From Haplodiscus bocki (taxonomy: Eukaryota): a DNA stretch of 64,000 nt. The stretch is from contig OZ296648.1 of assembly GCA_965655095.1 (NCBI GenBank), forward strand, positions 101,556,001 through 101,620,000, read 5' to 3'. Positions 55,116 to 64,000 of this stretch are shown here, piece by piece. Positions within the stretch are counted from its first letter, which is position 1. Each line of letters begins with the position of its first letter. The notes below the pieces were generated by a model. That model was not told the origin of the DNA, ran no database searches, and was given only the letters and a program-made list of their open reading frames with translations. A program made the translations under genes and the position numbers.

Positions 55116-57442
55116 TTAATCGCAGCGAATGTCACCGTGTGACTTGTAGTGTTCAGGCACATCAGCTGCTCTATAGGTGTAATGCGTATCTGCGTGCCGA
55201 GGAGCAGACGCGTGCGACATCGTGCGTTTAAGTGTTTCAGTCGCTGCATCAGTGGCGATTTGATTGAGAGTTTGCTGGGAGAGAGAGATAGTCCGAGCCA
55301 ATTGAGAATATTCACGGGGTGCAGTATCTACAACTGATAGTTGAGTTCCGTTTGACTGTTCGGGTTCAACAGCTGTTCGAAAATTTTTCGGACAGAATAA
55401 TCCGCACCAAAGTGGCGTCGCATTGTTGCGGTGTTTATATCTATGATATATCCAGACAACAATTACATGAAGCAACATTGATCCAGCAAATGATATCAAG
55501 CTCATCACGAGAGAGAGTCTGATAGAGAGATGGGAATCAAATTCCCTTGAGAGTGATGGACGCAATTGCGTCATTTTTGTCGTAATGGGGCGTGCTATTT
55601 CCAAAAGTTTTTTCGCGTCGCGCATTTTAGGGCTATCAAGTAGTGTTTCTCGCACTTTTTTTAACATTGCCATTCCTGCTTCTGCTTTCGTCGAATAATA
55701 AGGCATGTCATCAATTTCAGGAAGTTAACTCCACAATTCCAGTAGTGGGTCTGGAAATTTAACATTCACTTTAATCGCTTGCATTTCTTCACAAGTGCTA
55801 AGGTCTGACCGAATCTTTATATGGTCTCCTGACAATTGTTTATCACATTTCAGTTTTATAATACAAATGCGACATCCTGGATATTTAACAATGCCGGATG
55901 ATGTAGTTGACTCTGTGTCTGATTCAAATAAAGTATAAGCAGTAGTAGCAGACGTTATAAGCTAAACTCCATAACCTAATTTTTCTGTTTTTTCTGTTGC
56001 CGGCAGTACTATCTGCTCTGTTTCACAAACTTGTAATGCTGCCACGCTATCTTTGAAGTACAACGTTGCCAAACAGGAGTCATGACCTGTTTCTGTAGCA
56101 ATCATGTCTAGGCAAATTTGATAACGTGACGATCCAATGCATCTACCAAGATCATATTCAGTCAGAAATGCGGTTTTTTTTATTTTTTGATATCGGTAAG
56201 AAAGGCGCTTTGAATTTCCATTTGATTGCCAAATCTGGCTCCAGTTGATGTATAGGTACTGCAATTGCGCGGAAAACCGTGAACGCTGAATCTTTCGTTG
56301 CTAGTGGAATTGCAATGCGCATTAGGAGTCCTTGTTCAACCGATAAAACATCTCTAAGTAATTGCGATTCGTAATAAGCAATGTTTTCATCCATTGGTGT
56401 AGCTAATGAGAGTCGGTCCGATTTTCTCCATTGTTCTGATGCAACATCATCTAAGATAGCTAGAAGTGTTTGTCTAGGAACAAGTGACATCGGTAAATAG
56501 TTATTCGAAATTGGCTGTATCGAATTCATCATGTTAAATTTGTAAGTGTAAACAGCGCCTCGATAACTTTTGATGTTTGCAAATGTTAATGCAAGCAGCG
56601 ATGAGATTGTATCATAATTGAAATTAAATTGCTGTCTTGAGAATAAAAGTTGGTCACAATCTCGTAGTACATGAATATTATGTTGAAATACTTCAAAGTG
56701 CTCTTCGATAATTCTCCAGTTACGATTTTGGATTTCAAGCATTTCCTTTTGGACGGATTTAAGTGTTTCTACTTCCATGGTAATCATAAAGAATTTGTCA
56801 TTCACTTCATTTCGTAATTTGAAAACGTCCTGCGTTAGGCTTTCCGTAAATTCGCCAATTTTCTCTATATTGTTTGCATTTTGTTTTGCTCTGTCATGAC
56901 ATGATCCAAAAATATCTATTAATTTACAGCTACCGCTTCCTAAGGCTTTTCCGGATCCGAAAAGTCCGACTGATGCAAGCGCCATTATTGCAAGGGGCGC
57001 TGCCCTCGGCTTCCAATTTCGAGCTTGAGCGGTGGCGTCTTCAGTGTTCAAGAATGAGGAAGTATATATGCGATGAGCCTCAAGCTCTTTCTCTGCAAGC
57101 GTAACTTCGTTCTCAATTTGATGTAGTAACCAATCGGTATCGAATGTGGAATCATTTTTTTTTGAAAGTTTGTAGAGTAATCAAGATGACATTGCCAGCT
57201 AGACGCGTCCCATAAGGGTGCAAGTTTGTTAATGTAGGCGCCCAATTCGGCACTCACGTTCATTTCAAACTTTGGAAAAGGGACCAGAAAATCGACGTTC
57301 ATGAACTTTTCAGCTAAAAGTATTTTTGTAACATGATTGAAAATAATTCCATTTGCAAGAATTGCGCCAGAGTCCTGATCAGCGATAATGTCACATTTCC
57401 AGTAAGGCAGAGCGACATTTATGCCCAGTAGGACAGTAACCA
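55116..57442 (-). pseudogene. env: Envelope glycoprotein (class I fusion protein-like), frameshifted into 4 ORF pieces
   Basis: Hydrophobic N-terminus; RNWKPR|AAPLAIMALASVGLFGSG (cleavage site plus fusion peptide); heptad-repeat region (NIEKIGEFTESLTQDVFKLRNEVN...); Cys-rich ectodomain; TM LSLVMSLISFAGSMLLHVIVVWIY followed by basic HRYKHR and a cytoplasmic tail. Confidence 0.85.
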
Positions 57443-58329
57443 CTGAAAAAAAAACGTCGCTCAAAAAAAAATTATTTTTACGTCACTGTGCGAGTCACGG
57501 AAGAGAAACAAAACGACAGCCGGGAAATATGTTGTTTTTTTTGTTTTTTTGTTAGTTTTTGCTGGGTTTTGCTTATGTGTGTAAAAGGTATTCCGAGCTC
57601 TTCAGAGCTCGAAAAAAATGAGCATTCAATAGATCGTCCGAGGCTGGCCGTTCACTGTTGCCCGGATTCGACTTGTGTGGAAGAGCACTGTGTTTCTCGG
57701 GTGCTGGCGTTTTGTCAGCCTCAGGAGACCGCGGATGTGGGAGAGACTGGGGACAATTCTTGGCTGCTACTGTTGCTGCCACTGGGACTGCTACTCCTTC
57801 TATTCTGGCTTTACAAGTTTTGGTAGCGTGTTATGTCAAAAGAATCGGCGCAGTTTTTAACTCAGGAAAATGGGAAGCATAAAATGTAAAGCTAGTGCAA
57901 GAATTATGGCAGTCTTTGATTTTGTTTCGTGTTTAAGAACCAAGGAGTTTTAGTTACTGGAAATGTACCTAGCAATCTGTGTTTTTTTTCCGGTCGACAA
58001 GTATCAGAAGTAAAAAAATTACTGAAGGACGATCAAAACTTTTTTCAGAGAAAAGCCGGGGTGACAGTCCTGGATTGAGAACTTTGGGTCCAAAGATAAT
58101 CGAAAGGTGAGCTAAAACACGTGTTCGGCTTGGCTCAATACCGGTCGTAATAATTCAAAATTAAGAGTTCTGGCCATACGTTACGAAGGCTGGAAGTGTT
58201 TGGATAAGAAAGGAGCGAATTGAACCTGTTTTGTTTTTAATGTTTGCTTTATTTCTATTGGAGAAGATACACGGAAACTCGTTGGGCCAGCAAAAACGTG
58301 AATAAAGCTGCCCTGTAGGGTTTAACTGA

Positions 58330-59307
58330 AACAAATTTATTGGCGCTGGGATGGATATCTGTAAGGAAATTAGATGGATCTAGTTTGAATTCATGGCATG
58401 CAGTTGCTGAAAAAATGCTAGAAGGAGGAATGATCAATTTTATTCGGAATGGATTGCCTACTATTCTAATTATTATTGAGAATCAGCAGCTCTTCAAAAT
58501 GAAAAGTGGTTTTGTATAAAAAGTGAAATCAAGTATTGATGCGTCACAGTTGTTGCGTAGAATTGAGAGTCACCATGGGTATACGAAAATATCCAGTGGT
58601 GATCTCGAATTCACCAGTCAGTTCTCAGCATGGTCCTTGTCAGTTGATGGATTAGTGGATTATGAAAGACCTTCCGGGCTGCATTTGACTAAGTTGGATG
58701 CTATCGCTTCGTTTGGTCTATGGTATACTGGAGGTCACGTGGAAGCAGGAGGTGATGATAGTATCACTCATGTCCCAATAGGGAAAAAACTAATGATCAT
58801 TGCTGAACGTGGGTATCACTCGAGATTATTAGAGAAGCTCCTTCAAAGTACGAAAGCGTTAGTAAACTTTCTACTAAAAGGGCCTTCAACTAATGCTGTT
58901 CAAAATAAGGTAAGGTTTTATGTGACTACTCCGACTTCACTAATGATTCAACCTGGTTTATCTGCTCATACGGTGATAGCGCTCTCTGAAGGGCCTGCTA
59001 TAGTCGCTGGCTTTGAAGCTAAGCTTTTAGAGGATGACCTGCGACAAAGACAAGTGCTCAATTATTATTCCCCTGGATGCGCAGAGAGACGAAATTCTTG
59101 GCCGTCCAAACGTGTACCTACACTACTCTATCTAATTATTTACGTGATACTGGCGGAGTAAGACAGAGTTTGGGCAACATGTGGAGTGTTTCAAAGTGGA
59201 CGGACAAATTTTTGGTAGGGGCCAGAAAGGTCGAAAATCACGGCATCAGAGAAGAACAAATAATCTCCCGAGAGTGCAAAAGAAAGCTGCACGCATGCAA
59301 GAAATGA
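58330..59307 (+). pseudogene. JmjC/cupin-fold Fe(II)-2-oxoglutarate dioxygenase-like gene, antisense within the env element (core ORF 58523-59161 open)
   Basis: WYTGGHVEAGGDDSITHVPIGKKLMII ... LMIQPGLSAHTVIA gives the HxE...H triad with the T and K positions typical of JmjC. The frame extends upstream through a TAA at 58517-58519; apparent frameshift near 59077; AATAAA at 59445-59450. Confidence 0.7.
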
Positions 59308-60266
59308 AAAAAAGTAAGAGAGTGTTCGTGAGTCCTTTGTCGATACTGGTCTCAACGTAATGCTGTGTTGCACCCTATTTTGGTTAGTATTAATTGTATG
59401 TTGCAATGTGTTATAACAGGTTGGAAGCAGGCTGCCATGAGTGAAATAAATAAGAAACGGTAATTAAGCACCGTATCATGATTGTTATTATATCGCAAGC
59501 GGCAATCTGAGGATGCAACTGGTAAATACATGGATCAAAAATTTCTCTTGTTCCGAAAAAAAACGAACGCATGAAGCATTTAGAAAAAAAACAGAATAAA
59601 GAAATGAAAAACCGATTTTCAGAGGAATTTTGTCAGAACTCTGTGTTTTCAAATTTTGTCCCCCTTGAAGAGAGGTGAAGATAGGGATCCTATCCTCCAC
59701 CTATCAACGGCCAAACACCAGCTCTACCGAGCTTTGGTGGTGGATTTTTGAATTTCTGCCAAAAAGTTGAAAAAGAAGTGTTTGTTATCCGAAAAAAAAA
59801 CAGGTAAAAAAGACTCTTCGGCGCTGAGGTGTCGGAAGATAAAATGGCCTCGGTTTTTTTTATATATGTATGACGAATATTAGGCCATAAAAAGTGCTTC
59901 AAAAGAAGGCCAACAGGAGGGCGAAAAATCGTACATGGCGGTTTTTGTATTTTCGAGCACAAAATTGAGAAAAAGGTATGGTCATTGAGACTAGAAATTA
60001 CACACATATATATATATCATCAAGGTTGATGGTCTTGTTTGTCCAAAATTTTGCGAGGTCCGACTGCAAGTATTCAGGGGGTTGCCGTTACCATCTGACA
60101 ATTTTATCAGTGTCAGTTTTTTTCCAATTAAATTCCTTGTAGCGTCTCGTGCGATATAAGAGAAAACAAGGAAAATAAAGGTCATTTTTGAGAAAGTGTA
60201 AATTGAAAATTTATACTGGTAGAATGAATTAGAAAATTAAAGTTACTATGCAAAATGTTATTAGAG

Positions 60267-60575
60267 TCATTCGCTCTGATTATACCAAGACATGGATTGG
60301 ATGGCAAAGACGTCAAGGTGAATTAGCCAGTCGACGAGTGAATCTTGGCTGGCTGATTCCGCGTTACGGGCTGAGCATGCGATCAGCTCATTCCAAGCTG
60401 GCGTGTTAGGGAGTATAGGGTCGTGCTAATACCACAAATGGCCATAATTCCATCGGCGGAATATCAATATCAGTGGGGGGTAGCCAAATTCGCCGCTAAT
60501 ACCGACTAGTTGAACTCTCCCAAAAACGTCGCAAACGTAGTATTCGTGGGAATGAAGCCAATTTAAATGGTGCAT
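60267..60575 (-). pseudogene. Accessory ORF copy C (unknown ~95-aa domain), one premature TAG
   Basis: MHHLNWLHSHEYYVCDVFGRVQLVGISGEFGYPPLILIFRRWNYGHLWY*HDPILPNTPAWNELIACSARNAESASQDSLVDWL... aligns without gaps to the 60908-61189 ORF (19 identities in the first 72 aa). Confidence 0.75.
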
Positions 60576-60907
60576 TTTCAACACTGAAACTGCTCGAAAT
60601 TATTAGCATACGCGCAGGAGAATGCAACAATGACGAGAGTTGTCAAGCGTTCTCATAGTCTCTAGAAAGTCTAACTGCAAATTTGTTCGTTTTTCATCAA
60701 GCAAAACTGATGTCAAAGAAATATTTTGTCCTAATGAATGAACAATTCCTAAATTGGATTTTTAGAAACTCAGATATTGTGACTCAATGAAAAAGTTTGG
60801 GTGTTTTTTTATTTTTTCTCCTGGGAATATTCATGAAAAGATAGTTCTGTCTATAAGTATAATTAAGGTTATGATATCATGAGCTGGAGTGATGTCATGA
60901 TCTGAAT

Positions 60908-61189
60908 TCACAAATGGCTTCGAAATTGTCTGCTCATCCAGTCCATGAGATCTTCAGCCAAGTTGAAGTCAGGAGCGTAGGGAGCAGCGGAACTCATGAG
61001 TGTGCTCCATTCCGGTGATTCCCGGTAAATTGTAAAATCTTTGTATATGAGTTCTCCTTGACTCCAATAACGGATTGTGAAATCCACTCGGGGGGTGATG
61101 TATGAAGGGGTCACTCTCCAAACCACAGGAACGCCATGAATATCACAAGTGTATCCAGGGATGGGAATTCTCCAAAATAAACGACTCAT
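60908..61189 (-). CDS. Accessory ORF copy B, intact 93-aa protein of unknown function
   Basis: Intact ORF with ACCACC-ATG context, upstream TATA/Inr and two neighbouring paralogs. Confidence 0.75.
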   Translation of the reverse strand: MSRLFWRIPIPGYTCDIHGVPVVWRVTPSYITPRVDFTIRYWSQGELIYKDFTIYRESPEWSTLMSSAAPYAPDFNLAEDLMDWMSRQFRSHL

Positions 61190-61220
61190 GGTGGTATCTA
61201 ACGTTGAATGACTGAGTTAA

Positions 61221-61256
61221 GACTGATGATAGAGGTGGAAAAACTGTGTTTTTATA
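61221..61256 (-). promoter_or_regulatory. Putative internal Pol II core promoter (TATA plus Inr) for accessory ORF B
   Basis: TATAAAAA at 61256-61249 and Inr-like TCAGTC at 61226-61221 (+1 A is 32 nt from the TATA start); ATG 35 nt further on. Confidence 0.5.
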
Positions 61257-61315
61257 GAGGCTGATAAGATTAATGATGATTGATCCAAGATCAATAAGCA
61301 AGTTCAAGTGTCAAG

Positions 61316-61621
61316 TTACAAGACCATGAAGAATAATGTGCGCCTTTGTGGCTGCTCGACTGTGAAAAGCCAGTCAGCAAAACTTTGCAGTTCTTTGTTA
61401 TTAGCATATTGCCTGGCGGAGTCAATCAATGCACTCCATTCAAATGTATGCAGTAAGACAATAAATTCATCAAACACCAGCATTTAGTGGTGCCACCTCT
61501 GTGTATAAAGTCGAAGACATGGTGGAGTTAGTCCGCGATGTTCAATTCTTCTAATCGTGATATTTTGGAATATCTAGCATGTTAAAGTACGGTGCTGATA
61601 GCCCCAAAAGAGGTTATTCAT
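61316..61621 (-). pseudogene. Accessory ORF copy A (same unknown domain), two premature stops; possibly the C-terminal domain of a longer ORF or Pol
   Basis: MNNLFWGYQHRTLTC*IFQNITIRRIEHRGLTPPCLRLYTQRWHH*MLVFDEFIVLLHTFEWSALIDSARQYANNKELQSFADWL...; frame stays open 58 codons upstream to a TAA at 61798-61796. Confidence 0.7.
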
Positions 61622-62008
61622 TTGCAGTCGTCTGAACGTGCTGTAATGTGATCGGAGGAGCTTGTACGCTTTGCTAAGGCAATAAGTTGATCTTAGAGGG
61701 CTTTGGTTCTGAAATTTGAAATCTAATTTGACTTCTGATAAATATTGAGTGGCTATTTTTGATGAGAATTGATTGACAGCTAGTACTGCGAACTCTTATC
61801 TCAAGTAAATATTGAAGTCGCTTGTATCAGACAGTAAGACGCCAAAGAGCTGATAAAGGTATTTGCCAACTAATCGGTTTATCGCACTAAGTATCGGATT
61901 TGTGAAAATCGGTCAACGTCAAAATTGCATCAATTTTCGGTAGGCTGTGTATTCTAAAAAGGTCGCTCAAAATTAATTGCTCTCAGCTCGGTTGCGCGGT
62001 CGTTTCGG

Positions 62009-63634
62009 TTACTGATTAGGCGTTTTGAGCATTCCCTCAAAAGCTATTTTTAGTGCATTAGCCATGTGGAATATGTCCATTCGTGCTTTCTCGTCGTTCG
62101 GATATTCTTCCGCGAGAAGAGTATTGTCAAGGTTGGAATTCACGTGGATTTTCTGCAAGAAGATGTTGACCAGAATATCAGTATTGGCAAATAAGCACAG
62201 AATTATATTGAAAACTCGTGCCCATTCTAATTTATCAAGTCCACACCCGATTTGTGGTAAGTTGATTTCTTTAATTCCATACGTTAACATATGACTTTTC
62301 ATGCGACAGAGACTTTTTCGTAAGTTATAATAAGTCGGTTTATCATAATGTTTATTTTTTGTTACCAAATTGTAAATCCAATTGCCATTTTGGCTCAAAA
62401 AGTGCGCAATTAGAGATCCTGCCTTTAAATTTTGATAATGCGGGCGTAAGTTTTCCAATTCAGGGTATAGTTGCACAAATTGTGTAGCGATTCCTGCTGA
62501 CATTGCCAAATCATATGAAACACAGTGTCCAAAAATTGCGGTTTGGCCTCGGAATAGGTCTCCCTGTAAAATTTGATCATTTTCAGGAAGGTCAACACTT
62601 TCAATTGAATTAGCGCACATATTCAGTTGAAAACTAGCTGAATAAATGTCGTTAGACGGAGGAGGCTGTCCTCGATTAGAGCGTTCGGGATATCGTTTTT
62701 TCAAAATAGACTTCTCTGGTGTCTTATTTATGTTAGGAACTGGGATCATCGATTGTGAAATATGTCTCGTTTTTTGTGCGGTTTTTACTATTATTGTGCG
62801 TTTTTCTTGTTTTGAGAGCGGTAGCTCTAATTCTTGCTGATTTAGAAATTCATAGTAACCTCCTTCAGTTAGTGCTCTTCTCGTGGGAATGTCCCGAAAA
62901 TGGTCATAGCTATCGAATCTAAGTCTCTGCCGTGGCGGAATTTTTGTTAATGAACTATGAGATGCAATAGGTATTTGCGACTGTCTGGTCATCCGTTGAT
63001 GACGCGTAGGATCTTCCGTCGACAATGCGGCCCCCTCGTCAGTTTTTGTAGGATAGGTTCGTTCGGTCGTCGGAGAGAGCTGAGAGCTTGTGGCGTGTAC
63101 CTGGATCGGGTCGTTTAGGTATTTAGGTTCAAGAAAAATTTCGTCGGCCAATCGTCCGGTATCGTCTGATCCGGGTACGGGTGGTGGTGAGAACGGGGGC
63201 ACCGTGTCTGCCTCTTCAATAATTGCGGCTGGCTCTGCAGTTGCAGCAGACGCTGGCTGATCTGTCGTGGCTGGCGTTATTACACCACGTATTGTGTGTT
63301 GCACTTCGTCTGTTCTGTTATGTTCAGTCGTCAGAACTTCTGGGATCTCGATGATGTCCTCGTTTAGTGAAGTTTCAAGCGCTTCATCAAAGATTTCGTG
63401 CTCAGATCGATATTTGCCCAACGAAGGGTCAGGTGTGAAGTCTTGTTGTGTTACACTAATGTCTTCTACGTCATAATTAGGCGTTATCGGTCTTAGTCTT
63501 ATGCGGTGGACGCATTGCGTGTACGGTGTACCGATTTTTCTAATCAAGTAGTTCGATTTAGTCAAGACTTTTTCCATTTTGTATAATGAAAGCCATATAG
63601 TGCAAGATTTGGCTGCAAAATCACTTTGTGTCAA
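62009..63634 (-). CDS. Pol C-terminal region: integrase tail (GPY/F-like), Pro/Thr/Glu-rich linker and TARG1/OARD1-like macrodomain (~62158-62578)
   Basis: WLSLYKMEKVLTKSNYLIRKIGT...VHRIRLRP; macrodomain GDLF...GHCVSYDLAMSAGIATQF...IYNLVTK..YDKPTY..L..SL..MK......I..INLPQIGCGLDKLEW. Confidence 0.88.
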   Translation of the reverse strand: MTQSDFAAKSCTIWLSLYKMEKVLTKSNYLIRKIGTPYTQCVHRIRLRPITPNYDVEDISVTQQDFTPDPSLGKYRSEHEIFDEALETSLNEDIIEIPEVLTTEHNRTDEVQHTIRGVITPATTDQPASAATAEPAAIIEEADTVPPFSPPPVPGSDDTGRLADEIFLEPKYLNDPIQVHATSSQLSPTTERTYPTKTDEGAALSTEDPTRHQRMTRQSQIPIASHSSLTKIPPRQRLRFDSYDHFRDIPTRRALTEGGYYEFLNQQELELPLSKQEKRTIIVKTAQKTRHISQSMIPVPNINKTPEKSILKKRYPERSNRGQPPPSNDIYSASFQLNMCANSIESVDLPENDQILQGDLFRGQTAIFGHCVSYDLAMSAGIATQFVQLYPELENLRPHYQNLKAGSLIAHFLSQNGNWIYNLVTKNKHYDKPTYYNLRKSLCRMKSHMLTYGIKEINLPQIGCGLDKLEWARVFNIILCLFANTDILVNIFLQKIHVNSNLDNTLLAEEYPNDEKARMDIFHMANALKIAFEGMLKTPNQ

Positions 63635-64000
63635 TAACGAAGGGTTTAGTAGTAAGCAATACTGTTTTTGTACTAATGGTTTCGCTGCTGTTTTTTATCA
63701 TAGTAGGTTCGATATTTATGATAAGCATCTAATAAACGAGATTTGGTATGCGAAAACTTTTGCAGGAAAGAATCCTGCAAATCGACTAAATAGTCTCAGG
63801 TAAGTTCTTTTTGAGCGAGTGTATGACTTCTAGATCTCAAATCAATTGGTTTACTAGGCTCTCGTCATGAAATAAAGAACTAGGTGTGCATCCAATAGAT
63901 GATTGACACGAAGTATTGTGTATAAATGTTGCTAGGTCAACATATTAGTACCACGTTGTCCATTTCTCGTCTGTATTGAGTTTCAGAATCCCCTTCAATG
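63635..64000 (-). pseudogene. Gypsy integrase core, C-terminal part (disrupted), running off the window edge
   Basis: LKGILKLNTDEKWTTWY*YVDLATFIHNTSCQSSIGCTPSSLFH. Confidence 0.8.

Larger units (their letters stand above)
54057..64000 (-). mobile_element. 3' half of an env-containing Gypsy-like endogenous retrovirus: integrase-macrodomain, three accessory ORF copies, antisense JmjC, env, PPT, 3' LTR; continues beyond the window
   Basis: Collinear integrase C-terminus, env and PPT/LTR on one strand; see sub-features. Confidence 0.85.

Noticed and set aside
59488-60185. A fourth copy of the triplicated accessory domain
   Set aside because: The minus-strand translations I checked lack the conserved W/C/W/W/DW pattern.

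Overview
AT-rich eukaryotic (metazoan, probably invertebrate) genomic DNA with spliceosomal introns; not prokaryotic. Three host genes lie on the minus strand: a 4-coumarate-CoA-ligase/luciferase-like adenylate-forming enzyme (first exon only), mitochondrial RNA polymerase POLRMT (2 exons, about 1381 aa) and a MAGT1/TUSC3 (OST3/6) oligosaccharyltransferase subunit (3 exons, about 358 aa, one GC-AG intron, 14.9-kb first intron). Most of the rest is decayed mobile DNA: two old Gypsy-type LTR elements, a Polinton/Maverick relic (ATPase, integrase, minor capsid), a BEL/Pao element and a CRE-like non-LTR element. The most notable part is the last ~10 kb: the 3' half of an env-bearing Gypsy-like endogenous retrovirus. 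Between integrase and env it carries a TARG1/OARD1-type macrodomain fused to Pol, three tandem diverged copies of an unrecognised ~95-aa domain (two hidden from the ORF track by stop codons) and an antisense JmjC-type dioxygenase gene. All protein assignments are from motif recognition by eye; no database search was run.
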